From positions 1 through 58,956 of IMG/VR virus record IMGVR_UViG_3300019863_000024: a stretch of DNA of 58,956 bases; one strand, 5' to 3'. The first letter of the stretch is position 1, and the number at the start of each line of letters is the position of its first letter. The position numbers and the translations under genes are program-made. Below the pieces are notes generated by a model. That model had not been told where the DNA came from and did not search any database. It saw nothing but the letters and a program-made list of their open reading frames with translations. Source of the DNA: a virus (Duplodnaviria; Caudoviricetes). Of this stretch, positions 1-9,500 are shown piece by piece.

Positions 1-121
1 AAGTAAGTTATCTAAATCTTTTGATAAAATCTTTAATTGTTTATCATTAAGTTTTAGTATATTGGATAATATGGTTTTTAAGTCGTTAGGGTTATTTCCT
101 TTTGTTGTTTATTTATACTCT

Positions 122-209
122 TAAAATAAGAGTGTTTAATACCTAAGGTATATAATCATATGGGTGTTAGTTAGTTTAGCTTATATAGGCTAAGCTAGAT
201 AGGTAGAAT
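122..209. repeat. 88-bp direct repeat, copy 1
   Basis: TAAAATAAGAGTGTTTAA (122-139) and AAGCTAGATAGGTAGAAT (192-209) both recur exactly 501 bp downstream; the middle is diverged. Confidence 0.75.
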
Positions 210-342
210 CATGTCTTATGGTGAATAGTAGTTAGTTATTTATACTCCTTTCTTTAGTTTAGTAATTATCTTGTTAATATATTCATCTTATATAGACTCA
301 AATAATGGTATGATTAATTATCTAATTATTAGGAGTAGTGTC

Positions 343-630
343 GTGAATATATTAACAAAAGAGTTTTGGGCTATTGATAAGGTATTACATTGTAGTATCA
401 GTTTAGTGTTATCGTTAGGGTTTACTTTTATTCTACATTTAGTGGTTGAGGTTAATCTTGTATTGTTAGCTATGTGTGGTGGTTTTATAACTGTATTTAT
501 TGGAATAGTTAATGAGTATGTTCAAAGATATTTGCCATTAAGATTTGAAGATATTGATGATGTGTATGCAGATACTATTGGTGTATTGTTATGTATCTTT
601 ATTTGTATAGTTATTACTTTAATAAAATAA
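343..630 (+). CDS. VanZ-like small membrane protein
   Basis: DKxxH, hydrophobic helices, NEYVQRYLPLR-x3-IDDVYADTIG match the VanZ-like pattern; GTG at 343 follows AGGAG (track start 271 probably too early). Confidence 0.65.
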   Translation: MNILTKEFWAIDKVLHCSISLVLSLGFTFILHLVVEVNLVLLAMCGGFITVFIGIVNEYVQRYLPLRFEDIDDVYADTIGVLLCIFICIVITLIK

Positions 631-710
631 GAGTGTTTAACTCATTAGGTATACAATGGTATTGGTCATGTATAGTTTAACGATTCTCATTGAAGCTAGA
701 TAGGTAGAAT
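623..710. repeat. 88-bp direct repeat, copy 2
   Basis: Same two 18-bp blocks at 623-640 and 693-710. Confidence 0.75.
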
Positions 711-837
711 AGGGTATTAAAGTCTTTTATTGTTTATTTACTTGTGTAGTATATTAAAGTCTTTAATAAATAAGGTCTTTTATTGTTTATTCATGTAATT
801 GTATGGATGTTAGTAAATAATGGATTGTAGAGGAAGC

Positions 838-860
838 TAGATAGTAAAGAATACTATCTA
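838..860. terminator. Hairpin between convergent genes, likely terminator
   Basis: TAGATAGTA-aagaa-TACTATCTA just past the stop of 866..1171(-). Confidence 0.55.
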
Positions 861-865
861 TTGTG

Positions 866-1171
866 TTAAGAGTATAATTTAGCTATTGTACCTATAGTAT
901 TCCATAGTTCAGTCTTAGCATGGTTTAGAGCTACTTTATTACCAATTTCTTCATCATCATTTAAAGGGTCTAATACTCTTGATACACCAATTACTTCATG
1001 ACCAGATTGAAGAATGAGAATACAAATTCTTGTTGTTGGTGTAGGGTGAATAAATATCTTCTTTGCTGATGTAGCTTCTTTTTCTATTAAACTGTATGGT
1101 ATCTTATTGTCATTATCTTCCATAGCTTCTTTAATATCGTGTAGTAGTTTCTCTCCATAATGTTTATGCAT
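866..1171 (-). CDS. N4 Gp49 / Sf6 gp66 family protein
   Basis: TRICILILQSGHEVIGVS...DPLNDDEEIGNKVAL..AKTELW resembles the Phage_gp49_66 pattern; AAAGGA RBS. Confidence 0.75.
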   Translation of the reverse strand: MHKHYGEKLLHDIKEAMEDNDNKIPYSLIEKEATSAKKIFIHPTPTTRICILILQSGHEVIGVSRVLDPLNDDEEIGNKVALNHAKTELWNTIGTIAKLYS

Positions 1172-1207
1172 TGTAATCCTTTTGTGTTTAGTTTTGTAAG
1201 TATATCA

Positions 1208-1248
1208 TAAAAAAAATAATGTAACCAAACCCTAATGGGTCTGATTAC
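1208..1248 (-). terminator. Intrinsic terminator after the small RNAP gene
   Basis: Imperfect stem GTAACCAAACCC-taat-GGGTCTGATTAC followed by a T-run on the - strand. Confidence 0.6.
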
Positions 1249-1252
1249 TTTG

Positions 1253-2962
1253 TTAGAACACGTTACCAGTCCTTTCAACTGGTATTGTCCTTTTTATTGG
1301 TCGATTCTCCATCGGAATACCAGTCTCTTTCTCTATACGGGTTAACTCTCCATCAAACCAACCCTCTAGTTCCTCTAGCGCATCATACGCTAACTCTTTG
1401 ATTATTGAGGTGGTTCCTGCTGGAACATAGAACGCATCTAATATTGTAAGATGAGGTATTCCTCGAGTAATTAATCTTTTTCTAATATATCTGACTACAA
1501 ATGCGTCAGACATGTGTTGGTTAATTACACCAAAGGAATATCCTTTATTTTTTCCTATTTTTAATGGTGAGAACGGTAAGACAGCATTCACTTTTATGCC
1601 ATCTATACTTAATTCTCCATTTAGCGTATAGCCATGAAATACTCCCACTACTCCATCAGGAGCTTTTAGTTTTAAATGAGTTACCCCATTGAACAGTAGC
1701 TCTTTACCATACTCGGCCAAGGCATTAATGCCTTTATATGTCTCACCGAATACCTCATTTGCTATAGGCAAGGTTGTTTCTGTTAACCTAGCTCCATGGT
1801 TAGAGCCAACCATTACTTTTTTCGCGTCGTCTCTTGACACTCTTAAGAAATCTGCTACTGCCTGGTGGGCATCTTTTTTCTTATCTCCAATAAGGTTGGA
1901 AATAGTTAGAAACTTTTCATCACCAAATTGGTTGGCAAACATTATTCCTCCCGAATTTGTGAAGTCTAAGCAGACTAGTTCGTTAGTATTGCTTCCTATG
2001 GGAGCTTCGATTAAGTTGTTCACTAATGATATTACTTGGCATGCCTTACCAAGTTGTTTAGTAGTTATTGAGAAGTTTGTTTTGTTACCTTTACCCCAAT
2101 CAGGGAGTAAGGCTAGATTTACTTCTATTAACTCTATACTTTCTTTGTAGAGTTCTTCCCAATCTTTAGTTTTGAATTCGTTTTGTAAATAGGCTATAGC
2201 CTCATTTTTTGCTAACTCGGTTACTGAATACCCGATACTGGGTTGGATCATCCACTTTTGAAATGCATCCCCATATTGGAGAGCATGCCCGAATCTTGCT
2301 AGACTATAATCTCTGGAGCTCCTATCTAGCTTACGATGATCATTAAATACATAACCACAGTAACTATGTGTTTCATTAGCAAGATCTATTAAATATTTTT
2401 TGAATTTATCTTTGTCTTGCTTTACCACATTTTTTCTTTTCTCATACTCTAATGCTGAGTATAGTTTCAATAGACTTATGTCTACTGTCCTAACTCTATT
2501 CTCAGTTGATGAGTATAATTCAAGGATTTCTTTAGAGTTATTGTCTATAATCTTCTCAGACCCTTTAAGGGTAAGATAGGGTTGATTTCTTTTAGGATCT
2601 TTTGTTAGAAAGGTGGTTTTCCTTTCAGGATCCTTTTCTCCTACTATATGAGGGAAGTATTTAACTACTAACTGTCCCTCTTCATCAAAATACTTAACCT
2701 TTCTATCTTCAGTTGAGTATCTATCGTAGATTGTTTCTTTAATTTTATTTAATAGGTTTTGTCTGAAACCTAAAGTCATATCGTTTATTTTATTCACTTG
2801 TTCTGTATGCAATAGTGCTACAGACACTTTATTGATAAGTTGATTTAGCGTCATGTCGTTCTCCACGATGGAGTCTGACATTTCAATTATAGTTTCAACT
2901 GATACGTTTCTTTTAATTAGGTTGTGAGTCTTTCTTAGACTCAATGGGATTATCTTTTTCAT
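1253..2962 (-). CDS. Compact T7-like single-subunit DNA-dependent RNA polymerase (N4 RNAPII-like)
   Basis: Ordered motifs LDRSSRDY (DxRGRxY-like), LDFTNSG (motif A), RDDAKKVMVGSNHG (motif B), NQHMSDA (HSxDA-like), TILDAF (motif C). Confidence 0.75.
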   Translation of the reverse strand: MKKIIPLSLRKTHNLIKRNVSVETIIEMSDSIVENDMTLNQLINKVSVALLHTEQVNKINDMTLGFRQNLLNKIKETIYDRYSTEDRKVKYFDEEGQLVVKYFPHIVGEKDPERKTTFLTKDPKRNQPYLTLKGSEKIIDNNSKEILELYSSTENRVRTVDISLLKLYSALEYEKRKNVVKQDKDKFKKYLIDLANETHSYCGYVFNDHRKLDRSSRDYSLARFGHALQYGDAFQKWMIQPSIGYSVTELAKNEAIAYLQNEFKTKDWEELYKESIELIEVNLALLPDWGKGNKTNFSITTKQLGKACQVISLVNNLIEAPIGSNTNELVCLDFTNSGGIMFANQFGDEKFLTISNLIGDKKKDAHQAVADFLRVSRDDAKKVMVGSNHGARLTETTLPIANEVFGETYKGINALAEYGKELLFNGVTHLKLKAPDGVVGVFHGYTLNGELSIDGIKVNAVLPFSPLKIGKNKGYSFGVINQHMSDAFVVRYIRKRLITRGIPHLTILDAFYVPAGTTSIIKELAYDALEELEGWFDGELTRIEKETGIPMENRPIKRTIPVERTGNVF

Positions 2963-3033
2963 TTTTTATGTCCTTTATTTAACATTTTAGACAGTTGTTT
3001 AACTGAATTGTTGAGAGACATTAATATCTCCTC

Positions 3034-3045
3034 TATACCCCACTA
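3034..3045 (-). promoter_or_regulatory. Candidate phage-RNAP promoter motif TAGTGGGGTATA, copy 1
   Basis: Identical 12-mer also upstream of the next - strand gene (3730-3741); about 70 bp upstream of the RNAP start. Confidence 0.45.
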
Positions 3046-3063
3046 TTATGGGATTTAAACGGT

Positions 3064-3100
3064 AAAAAATAAAAGAGAGTACCACAATTAAGTGATACTC
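3064..3100 (-). terminator. Intrinsic terminator after 3107..3628
   Basis: GAGTACCAC-aattaa-GTGATACTC stem followed by a T-rich tail on the - strand. Confidence 0.55.
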
Positions 3101-3106
3101 AATATA

Positions 3107-3628
3107 CTACAGGGTTAATAAGGCTAAATCTTCCTCCCCTACAGATTGAATCCCTGTTACACGTCTTCTGATTTCCAAGACTACTTGAGGAGATAGATTC
3201 TCCAGGATTGTTTCCGATAAGTCAATAACTTTTTTGAATGCGGATTCAATTAAAGCCAATTCCAACGATTTATCAGTCAAATCAGACAAGTTAGCCATAA
3301 ACTTGAAATTCTCAATCAAGTCATCTGAAACGGTTTCTTTACTTCCAATTCTAGCCATAACGGCTAGCTTACCATTGGTGTCTAGTTCGAGAGATGATCC
3401 CAATTCTGTCTTTGTCAGGGCTAATGCTTTAGCAAGAGCTAACTCAAGAAATTCTTTTGTCTTCTGAGGGTTAGCCTGAATAAGGAGTCTTTTTATTTTG
3501 TTTAATTCGCCTACTTTTAGGTTTAGGCCTATGGTCATGGCCTCAATTGTCTTTGTTTCCTCTTTTGTTAATAAATTTGTTAGTTCGTTTAATAACTCTT
3601 CGTTACTCATATTTTCATAGTTTGTCAT
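3107..3628 (-). CDS. Hypothetical alpha-helical protein, probably early
   Basis: 173-aa ORF with AAAGGA RBS; no family recognised. Confidence 0.7.
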   Translation of the reverse strand: MTNYENMSNEELLNELTNLLTKEETKTIEAMTIGLNLKVGELNKIKRLLIQANPQKTKEFLELALAKALALTKTELGSSLELDTNGKLAVMARIGSKETVSDDLIENFKFMANLSDLTDKSLELALIESAFKKVIDLSETILENLSPQVVLEIRRRVTGIQSVGEEDLALLTL

Positions 3629-3729
3629 ATTAAATCCTTTTTGATTTGACTCTTACATACTTATGATGAATATGTAAGACATTGGTTGGCTATATAAGCA
3701 CAATGGAGTAATACCTATTATTATTCCAA

Positions 3730-3741
3730 TATACCCCACTA
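3730..3741 (-). promoter_or_regulatory. Candidate phage-RNAP promoter motif TAGTGGGGTATA, copy 2
   Basis: Exact repeat of 3034-3045, about 100 bp upstream of the 3628 start. Confidence 0.45.
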
Positions 3742-4105
3742 AAAGAACTATAGTTAGCTATTAAACCTATTGCTAAGTTATTGAGTTTGGTATGTGTGCA
3801 TATATAATGTAAGTAGGATATTAAGGTTATTTAGTTAATTAATAGGATAGGTTAGGTTTAGTATAGTTAATTGATTGTAGGTTATTCTCAGCTTAGTGTG
3901 CTATGGTTATGTATAGGTTATTTATCTATATGGTATAGTAGTTTATATAGTAGTCTATTAGAGCTGATTTATATAGTAAGGTAACCAATGTGTTAGGGTA
4001 GGTAAGTAATGAGGTTATATAGGGCAATACTAGCTATTAATGTATGATGTGCGAGTATATAATTATAATATAGTAATAAAAAAATATAGATAAAGGAATT
4101 AACCT

Positions 4106-4291
4106 CTATCTATCATATCCCCTCCAGTCGAAAGGGATTTTTGTATATGTATATGCTATGGTAGTCTTTCCATAGCTTTCAAATACGTTATATTTAAATT
4201 CATGGTCATTTGGAGTATTCTGTATCAGTTTATCAATTACACTAGACAATCTGTCTATTTCCACTTTTATCACTCTTCTTTTTCTATGCAT
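4106..4291 (-). CDS. Small hypothetical protein
   Basis: 61-aa ORF, AAAAGGA RBS, hairpin plus T-run immediately downstream. Confidence 0.55.
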   Translation of the reverse strand: MHRKRRVIKVEIDRLSSVIDKLIQNTPNDHEFKYNVFESYGKTTIAYTYTKIPFDWRGYDR

Positions 4292-4310
4292 CTTTTATCC
4301 TTTTAATTCA

Positions 4311-4454
4311 TTATTTAACTATGGTACTTATGACATCAGCTGTTGAACTTATTTCTTTTCCTACAGCGTCTGTAACGTCTACAGATGTAGATGCTAGTCG
4401 TATTGTTTCTGACTTGAATGATTTTCTTTTTCTTGTTATTGGTTGATTTGTCAT
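4311..4454 (-). CDS. Small hypothetical protein (47 aa, not in ORF track)
   Basis: MTNQPITRKRKSFKSETIRL...IVK* with AAAGGA RBS. Confidence 0.45.
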   Translation of the reverse strand: MTNQPITRKRKSFKSETIRLASTSVDVTDAVGKEISSTADVISTIVK

Positions 4455-4703
4455 GATGTATCCTTTATTGATAATACTTTGATTAACAGTACTATTTACT
4501 GCACTATGACCTACTAACCAGTAGAGTACCTAGCTATGTTATTTGTATGGTAGTATGGTAGCTATAGGATGATTCTATGTGCTGGTACTCTTGACCCTAG
4601 GGGGGTATCTGTCAGGTATTTGGTTTGTACTTTTTAGATGATAACTGGATTATATTTTAGGTAGGTATGATGAGATATTGGGGTGTACTACATCCTATAT
4701 TAT

Positions 4704-4773
4704 ATCACTTGTCTTTTATCACTTGTCTTTTATTACCTATATCATACTCCCTATCTAAATACTCCCTATCTAA
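4704..4773. repeat. Short tandem duplications
   Basis: (ATCACTTGTCTTTT)x2 at 4704-4731 and (ATACTCCCTATCTAA)x2 at 4744-4773. Confidence 0.8.
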
Positions 4774-4999
4774 ATCCTACATCCTGTATTACTCTAACTG
4801 TATATTATTTATTAACTACAAACTACATATTGTTACCTCATCATTATTACTTTATTAAAGGTATCTAGCTAAGCCTAGGAGGGTTTTTATTACTCTTGTT
4901 GATAGATTGTATAGGTTATAGGTTAATCATGCTTATTTCATTAGGTATTTAATTGGATAGTAGGTATACTGTTAATATTAATTAATGAAAGGGTTAGAG

Positions 5000-5149
5000 A
5001 TGTATGTAGATACAAAGTATGGTTTAGGAATAGTGATTAAAGAGTTTAGTGATGGTATGGTATTAGCATTTATAGATGGTCATAGATACTTTCTTTTAGT
5101 TGTTAATTCTGATGTAAGAAGAAGTATTGCTTATAATAAATATAAGTAA
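5000..5149 (+). CDS. Possible 49-aa hypothetical protein
   Basis: MYVDTKYGLGIVIKEFSDGMVLAFIDG...; weak AAAGGG RBS. Confidence 0.3.
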   Translation: MYVDTKYGLGIVIKEFSDGMVLAFIDGHRYFLLVVNSDVRRSIAYNKYK

Positions 5150-5185
5150 AAATAATGCAAATTCTTTTAAAAGATTTTATGAAAG

Positions 5186-5427
5186 TTATTCACATAGTTA
5201 TTCACATCATTTAGTTAACATGTGAATAAGTAAGAAAGTCCTATATTGTGGGGTTTAGTTAATTTCTATGTTTAAGGTTAAAGTTAAAAAATTTATTCTC
5301 TAGCAGGGGTTTTATGGGCTTTAAACGCTTAAGAAAAGTCAAATACCTATATTGTGGGATTTACTAAAATTAATTATTAAATTATTTATGATGTGAATAA
5401 AATTGATATGCCTATATTGTGGGATTT
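5186..5427. promoter_or_regulatory. Putative replication origin: 4 DnaA-box-like nonamers and 3 iteron-like repeats
   Basis: TTATTCACA at 5186 and 5198 (+), 5221 and 5392 (-); CCTATATTGTGGG at 5240, 5346, 5411; AT-rich spacers. Confidence 0.55.
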
Positions 5428-5435
5428 GCAAGCTC

Positions 5436-5463
5436 TTGACAAAATAAATATATACGATATAAT
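5436..5463 (+). promoter_or_regulatory. Consensus sigma70 promoter
   Basis: TTGACA-N16-TATAAT upstream of the packaging/morphogenesis operon. Confidence 0.6.
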
Positions 5464-5599
5464 AAATAATGTGAACGCCAGTGAACTAAACCCATATACT
5501 AGCCTCTATGGCGACTGAATAGAATACCCACTCCACACAACAATAATAGATAAGAGAGAAAGAAGAATGTATTAAGGTAGTTAAGGGTAGAATGGTTTG

Positions 5600-5665
5600 T
5601 ACCTAAGATAAGTTTTTCCTTTTAATATTCCCCTCTCTCTCCTTTTATTTTTCTTATCTTAGGTA
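5600..5665. repeat. 13-bp perfect inverted repeat next to an extended -10 (TGGTATACT, 5666-5674)
   Basis: TACCTAAGATAAG (5600-5612) / CTTATCTTAGGTA (5653-5665). Confidence 0.65.
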
Positions 5666-5695
5666 TGGTATACTATTGTACTTAAAGGAGAAACC

Positions 5696-6592
5696 ATGAA
5701 AGATACTGAACAGATTACATTAGAACATCCTTTGTTTAAAGATAATGCTAAGACTCTATCATCTGATGCTAAACAGCTGTTAGTTGATAGAATTAATTCT
5801 ATTATAGATACTGATGAGAATGGAGAGTTCTTTGAACAATCATTACTTGACTACTCTTCATTAATTAAGAATACAAGATATACAGTTGAGCAGTATATTA
5901 ATGCTATACGTTACTGTTCTCTTAAGATGATTATGCCTAAGTATAAAGCTTGGGGTAGAGTATTTCCTACAAGGTTAGCTACTCTTGAACAAAAGGCTAA
6001 AGATAATAATTGGTGTAAACAGGACTTTGTTAAGACAGCTGGTTCTTATGCTACTACTTATGAACGTAATCCTTTAACTGTATCTGTAGACTCTGAAATG
6101 ATGATACCTACACATTTACTTTATGCTGGTTATAGGAATAAGGCTGTAGAGAAACTTATTTCATTAATGGATGGTAAAGCATCAGTTGGTATGAGTTATG
6201 TTTATGAGAAAGATGAGTCTGGTAAATTTACTAAAGATGCAGATGGTAGAAGAATTAAATTGTTAGATAGTGAGGGTAAACCAGTTATAGAGGAGTATTT
6301 ACAGAGTGTTACTCCTAAAGTACAAGGTGAAATGGCTTCTAAACTACTCGATATAACAGAGATACCTACAGATAGACAAGTTAATGTTAAGATTAAACAT
6401 TCATTATCTGATGAGTTAGTAGAGGCTCAGAAGAGAGCTCAAGAGACATTCTTAAATATATCTAAGAATCAGAGAGAGTTAGTTCTTAAAGGTGAGAGTA
6501 TTGATTCTGTACAACAAATTGGTAATGTTATAGAGGCTAGTATTATTGGAGATGATACTGATATTGGTGAAGACCCATACTATGAGGATTAG
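5696..6592 (+). CDS. N4 gp69-like protein, putative terminase small subunit
   Basis: YINAIRYCSLKM..KAWGRVFPTR..YATTY pattern as in N4-like gp69; lies directly upstream of TerL. Confidence 0.7.
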   Translation: MKDTEQITLEHPLFKDNAKTLSSDAKQLLVDRINSIIDTDENGEFFEQSLLDYSSLIKNTRYTVEQYINAIRYCSLKMIMPKYKAWGRVFPTRLATLEQKAKDNNWCKQDFVKTAGSYATTYERNPLTVSVDSEMMIPTHLLYAGYRNKAVEKLISLMDGKASVGMSYVYEKDESGKFTKDADGRRIKLLDSEGKPVIEEYLQSVTPKVQGEMASKLLDITEIPTDRQVNVKIKHSLSDELVEAQKRAQETFLNISKNQRELVLKGESIDSVQQIGNVIEASIIGDDTDIGEDPYYED

Positions 6593-6594
6593 AT

Positions 6595-9500
6595 ATGTAT
6601 GCTAAAATTCCTAAGACAGAAGTTAAGTCAGAGAGTGGTGAATCTGTATTGTTTCATGATACTAAAGGTATTCCAAGAACATTACCTGAAATGCAATGGG
6701 CTAAAGAGTCAAAGTATGTTATACCTGCGTTTCGAAATGGCTCTATAGACGTTGAAAAGCTATTAGACTATGTAGACGTTAAGCTAGACTGGTATACACC
6801 CTCTGAGGAAGCTTTTAATGTTATAAACTTTATTAGATTATCTATGGGTAGAGAACCAGAGAACCTTAATAGTAAAGCTCATTACTTCTTTATTGATGCT
6901 ATGCTTGGTTCTGATACTATTAAACCTTATTATGATGTTAGAGGTATGGATTTTAAGGCTATGGTTGGTAATTCTTTAATCTTGAGTACACGTGAGTTCT
7001 CTAAAGCACTAGCCCATGATACTTTAATAGCTACTCCGAAAGGAGATATTGCAATAGAGGATATAGAAGATGGAGATTATGTATATTCAAGGACTGGTAA
7101 ACCTACTAGAGTAAAGAAAAAGTCACCAATGTTTTTTGACAATACTTTTGAAATGAAACTATCTGATGGTAGAAGTTTTAAATCATCAAACGATCATGAA
7201 CATATTCTATGGAGACGAACAAGTAAACATCTTGGATATTTTGATGAAGATGGTAATAGAGTTAAAAAAGGTAAAGGTAAATCATTTAGGTTATCAGGTA
7301 TGGAAGAGGTTGTAATGACTTCTCAAGATCTTGAAATAGAGGGTGTTAGAGCATCATGTAAAATTACCAATAAAAATATAAGAGGTGATGAGTGTAAATA
7401 CTTTATTCCAATGATTGATAATCCAATAGAGTATCCTGAAGTTGATTACCCTATAGATCCTTATACTGTAGGTGTATATGTATCTGATGGTTCTAATTTG
7501 AGAAGAGATAATGATATAGATTTAAATAACTGTAATGAAATAATGTCTGATTATATTGTCGATAAACAACGAATACCTAATGTATTAATGAAAGGTTCAG
7601 TATATCAGAGAATGGAGCTTCTAAAGGGTTTAATGGACACTGATGGTACAATAGATGATAAAGGTAATACTAGCTATACCTCGGTCTCTAAACAACTAGT
7701 AGAGGACGTGAGAGACTTAGTCTATAGCTTAGGTGGTTCTGCTTATATATCCGAACGTATGATTGGTAGTGATTCTAGTGTAGTATATTGTGTTATTATA
7801 AGGATAAACAAAAGTATTTTTAAACTTAGAAGAAAGAAAGATAAAGAGGTATATGTATCATCAAGAAACTTTGTTGCTATAGAGAGTTTTGAAATGGTTC
7901 ATTCGGTTCCAAGCTATTGTTTAGCTGTTGAGTGTCCAACAAAGTCATTTGTAATGTCTAATGGTTTATTAACACATAACAGTGTATTGGTAACATTCTT
8001 TATTTTATATATAGCGTATACAGGTAAGAAGACAGGGTTTGGTAGGGTTAACTTATTACTTTATGTCTCTGATAGGATGGAGGGAAATGTTAAAGCTACT
8101 ATGAGGACTATTAAAGGTTTAGTAAAGAAGTCTGAGTTTCTATCTGATGCTTTTGAAGATACTCACTTTACTGATTCTGCTATACGATTGATTCGTCATC
8201 CTAGGAGTCCTAAAGAGATTAAAGCTTTTAGAAAAGGTATGGAAGAGGGTAAATCACTTGATCAAATTATGTTTAGAGGTCAAAGAACATTTACATTACA
8301 AGGTGTAGGTAGCTCAGGTGGTAGAGGGCCTCTAAGTTTAGACTCCATACTTTTTACTGATAATGGAAAGGTTACTATGAAAGACATAAAGGTCGGAGAT
8401 AGGGTATTTACTCCAAAAGGTAATCTTTCAACTATAACCAAGAAGTCAAAGATATTTAATAATAGAATGTTCAAGCTGACGTACAAAGATGGAAGAACTC
8501 TAAAGGTTAATGAGAGTCATATTAATGTAGCATGGTTCAGACATGATAGATTCTCAAACTTCAAAAAAGAGCATATAACAACACTAGATTTACTTGATAG
8601 ATTTAGAAAAAATAATGAACAAATAGCTACTAGGTTTACAAGTAAAGTTCAATACACTAAAAAGAGTTTAATTATAAATCCCTATTTACTTGGACTATAT
8701 CTTGGTGATGGAGACTGTGAGTATGGAAAGTCAATGAGAATTAAAGGTTTAAGAAATGATTGTGAATCCTATGCAGATAAGCTTTGTAATGAATATAATA
8801 TAAATAAGTCATATACTATTGAGGGTAATAATTTAACAGAAATGCTAAGACTTACAATTCTTAATACCAACAAGATACTTATAAGTCTTGATCTATCAGG
8901 AATAACAGGAGAGAATAAGTTCATACCAGATGAATATCTATATGGAAGTATAGAGCAAAGAAAGGAACTATTAGCAGGTTTACTTGATACGAATGGTTCT
9001 TGCTTACTAGACAAAAGATATAATACGACAACAATTTCATTTTCAAACATATCTAAAAATTTAGTAGATGGAGTTGCTGAGCTATCAAGAAGTTTGGGTT
9101 ATCGTGCAAGGATTAGCTTTAAGGATAAAGGTGGTAATAGAAAGAGACTCTATACTGTTAATATAAGTTCTGAAGATAATCCTTTCATTCTAAAAAGAAA
9201 ACATGATGCTTTTGTTAAACCAAAGAGATTTATTGAGTTTGAGAAGCTTGTTAATATAGAAGAAATTAAATCTGAACCAAGTCAGTGTATAGCTATAGAT
9301 GATGAAGAGCATGAATTTTTGACAGATGGGTATCTTCCTACACACAATACTAGAGATGAAGACCTTGCTAGACCTGATGGTGTTGTGTTTGATGACCTTA
9401 TAGCTAATGAGAGAGATGCATTTTCTAAGGCTATACTAGAGTCTATTGAGTCTACTATTACTTCTGATGTAGGGTCTTCATTGAGTGGAAATAAGAGTTT

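Noticed and set aside
623-710. Integron attC site after the VanZ-like gene
   Set aside because: GTTTAAC fits RYYYAAC but there is no matching GTTRRRY end or long hairpin, and no integrase
4667-4868. Two overlapping Tyr/Leu-rich ORFs
   Set aside because: Translations of low-complexity tandem repeats
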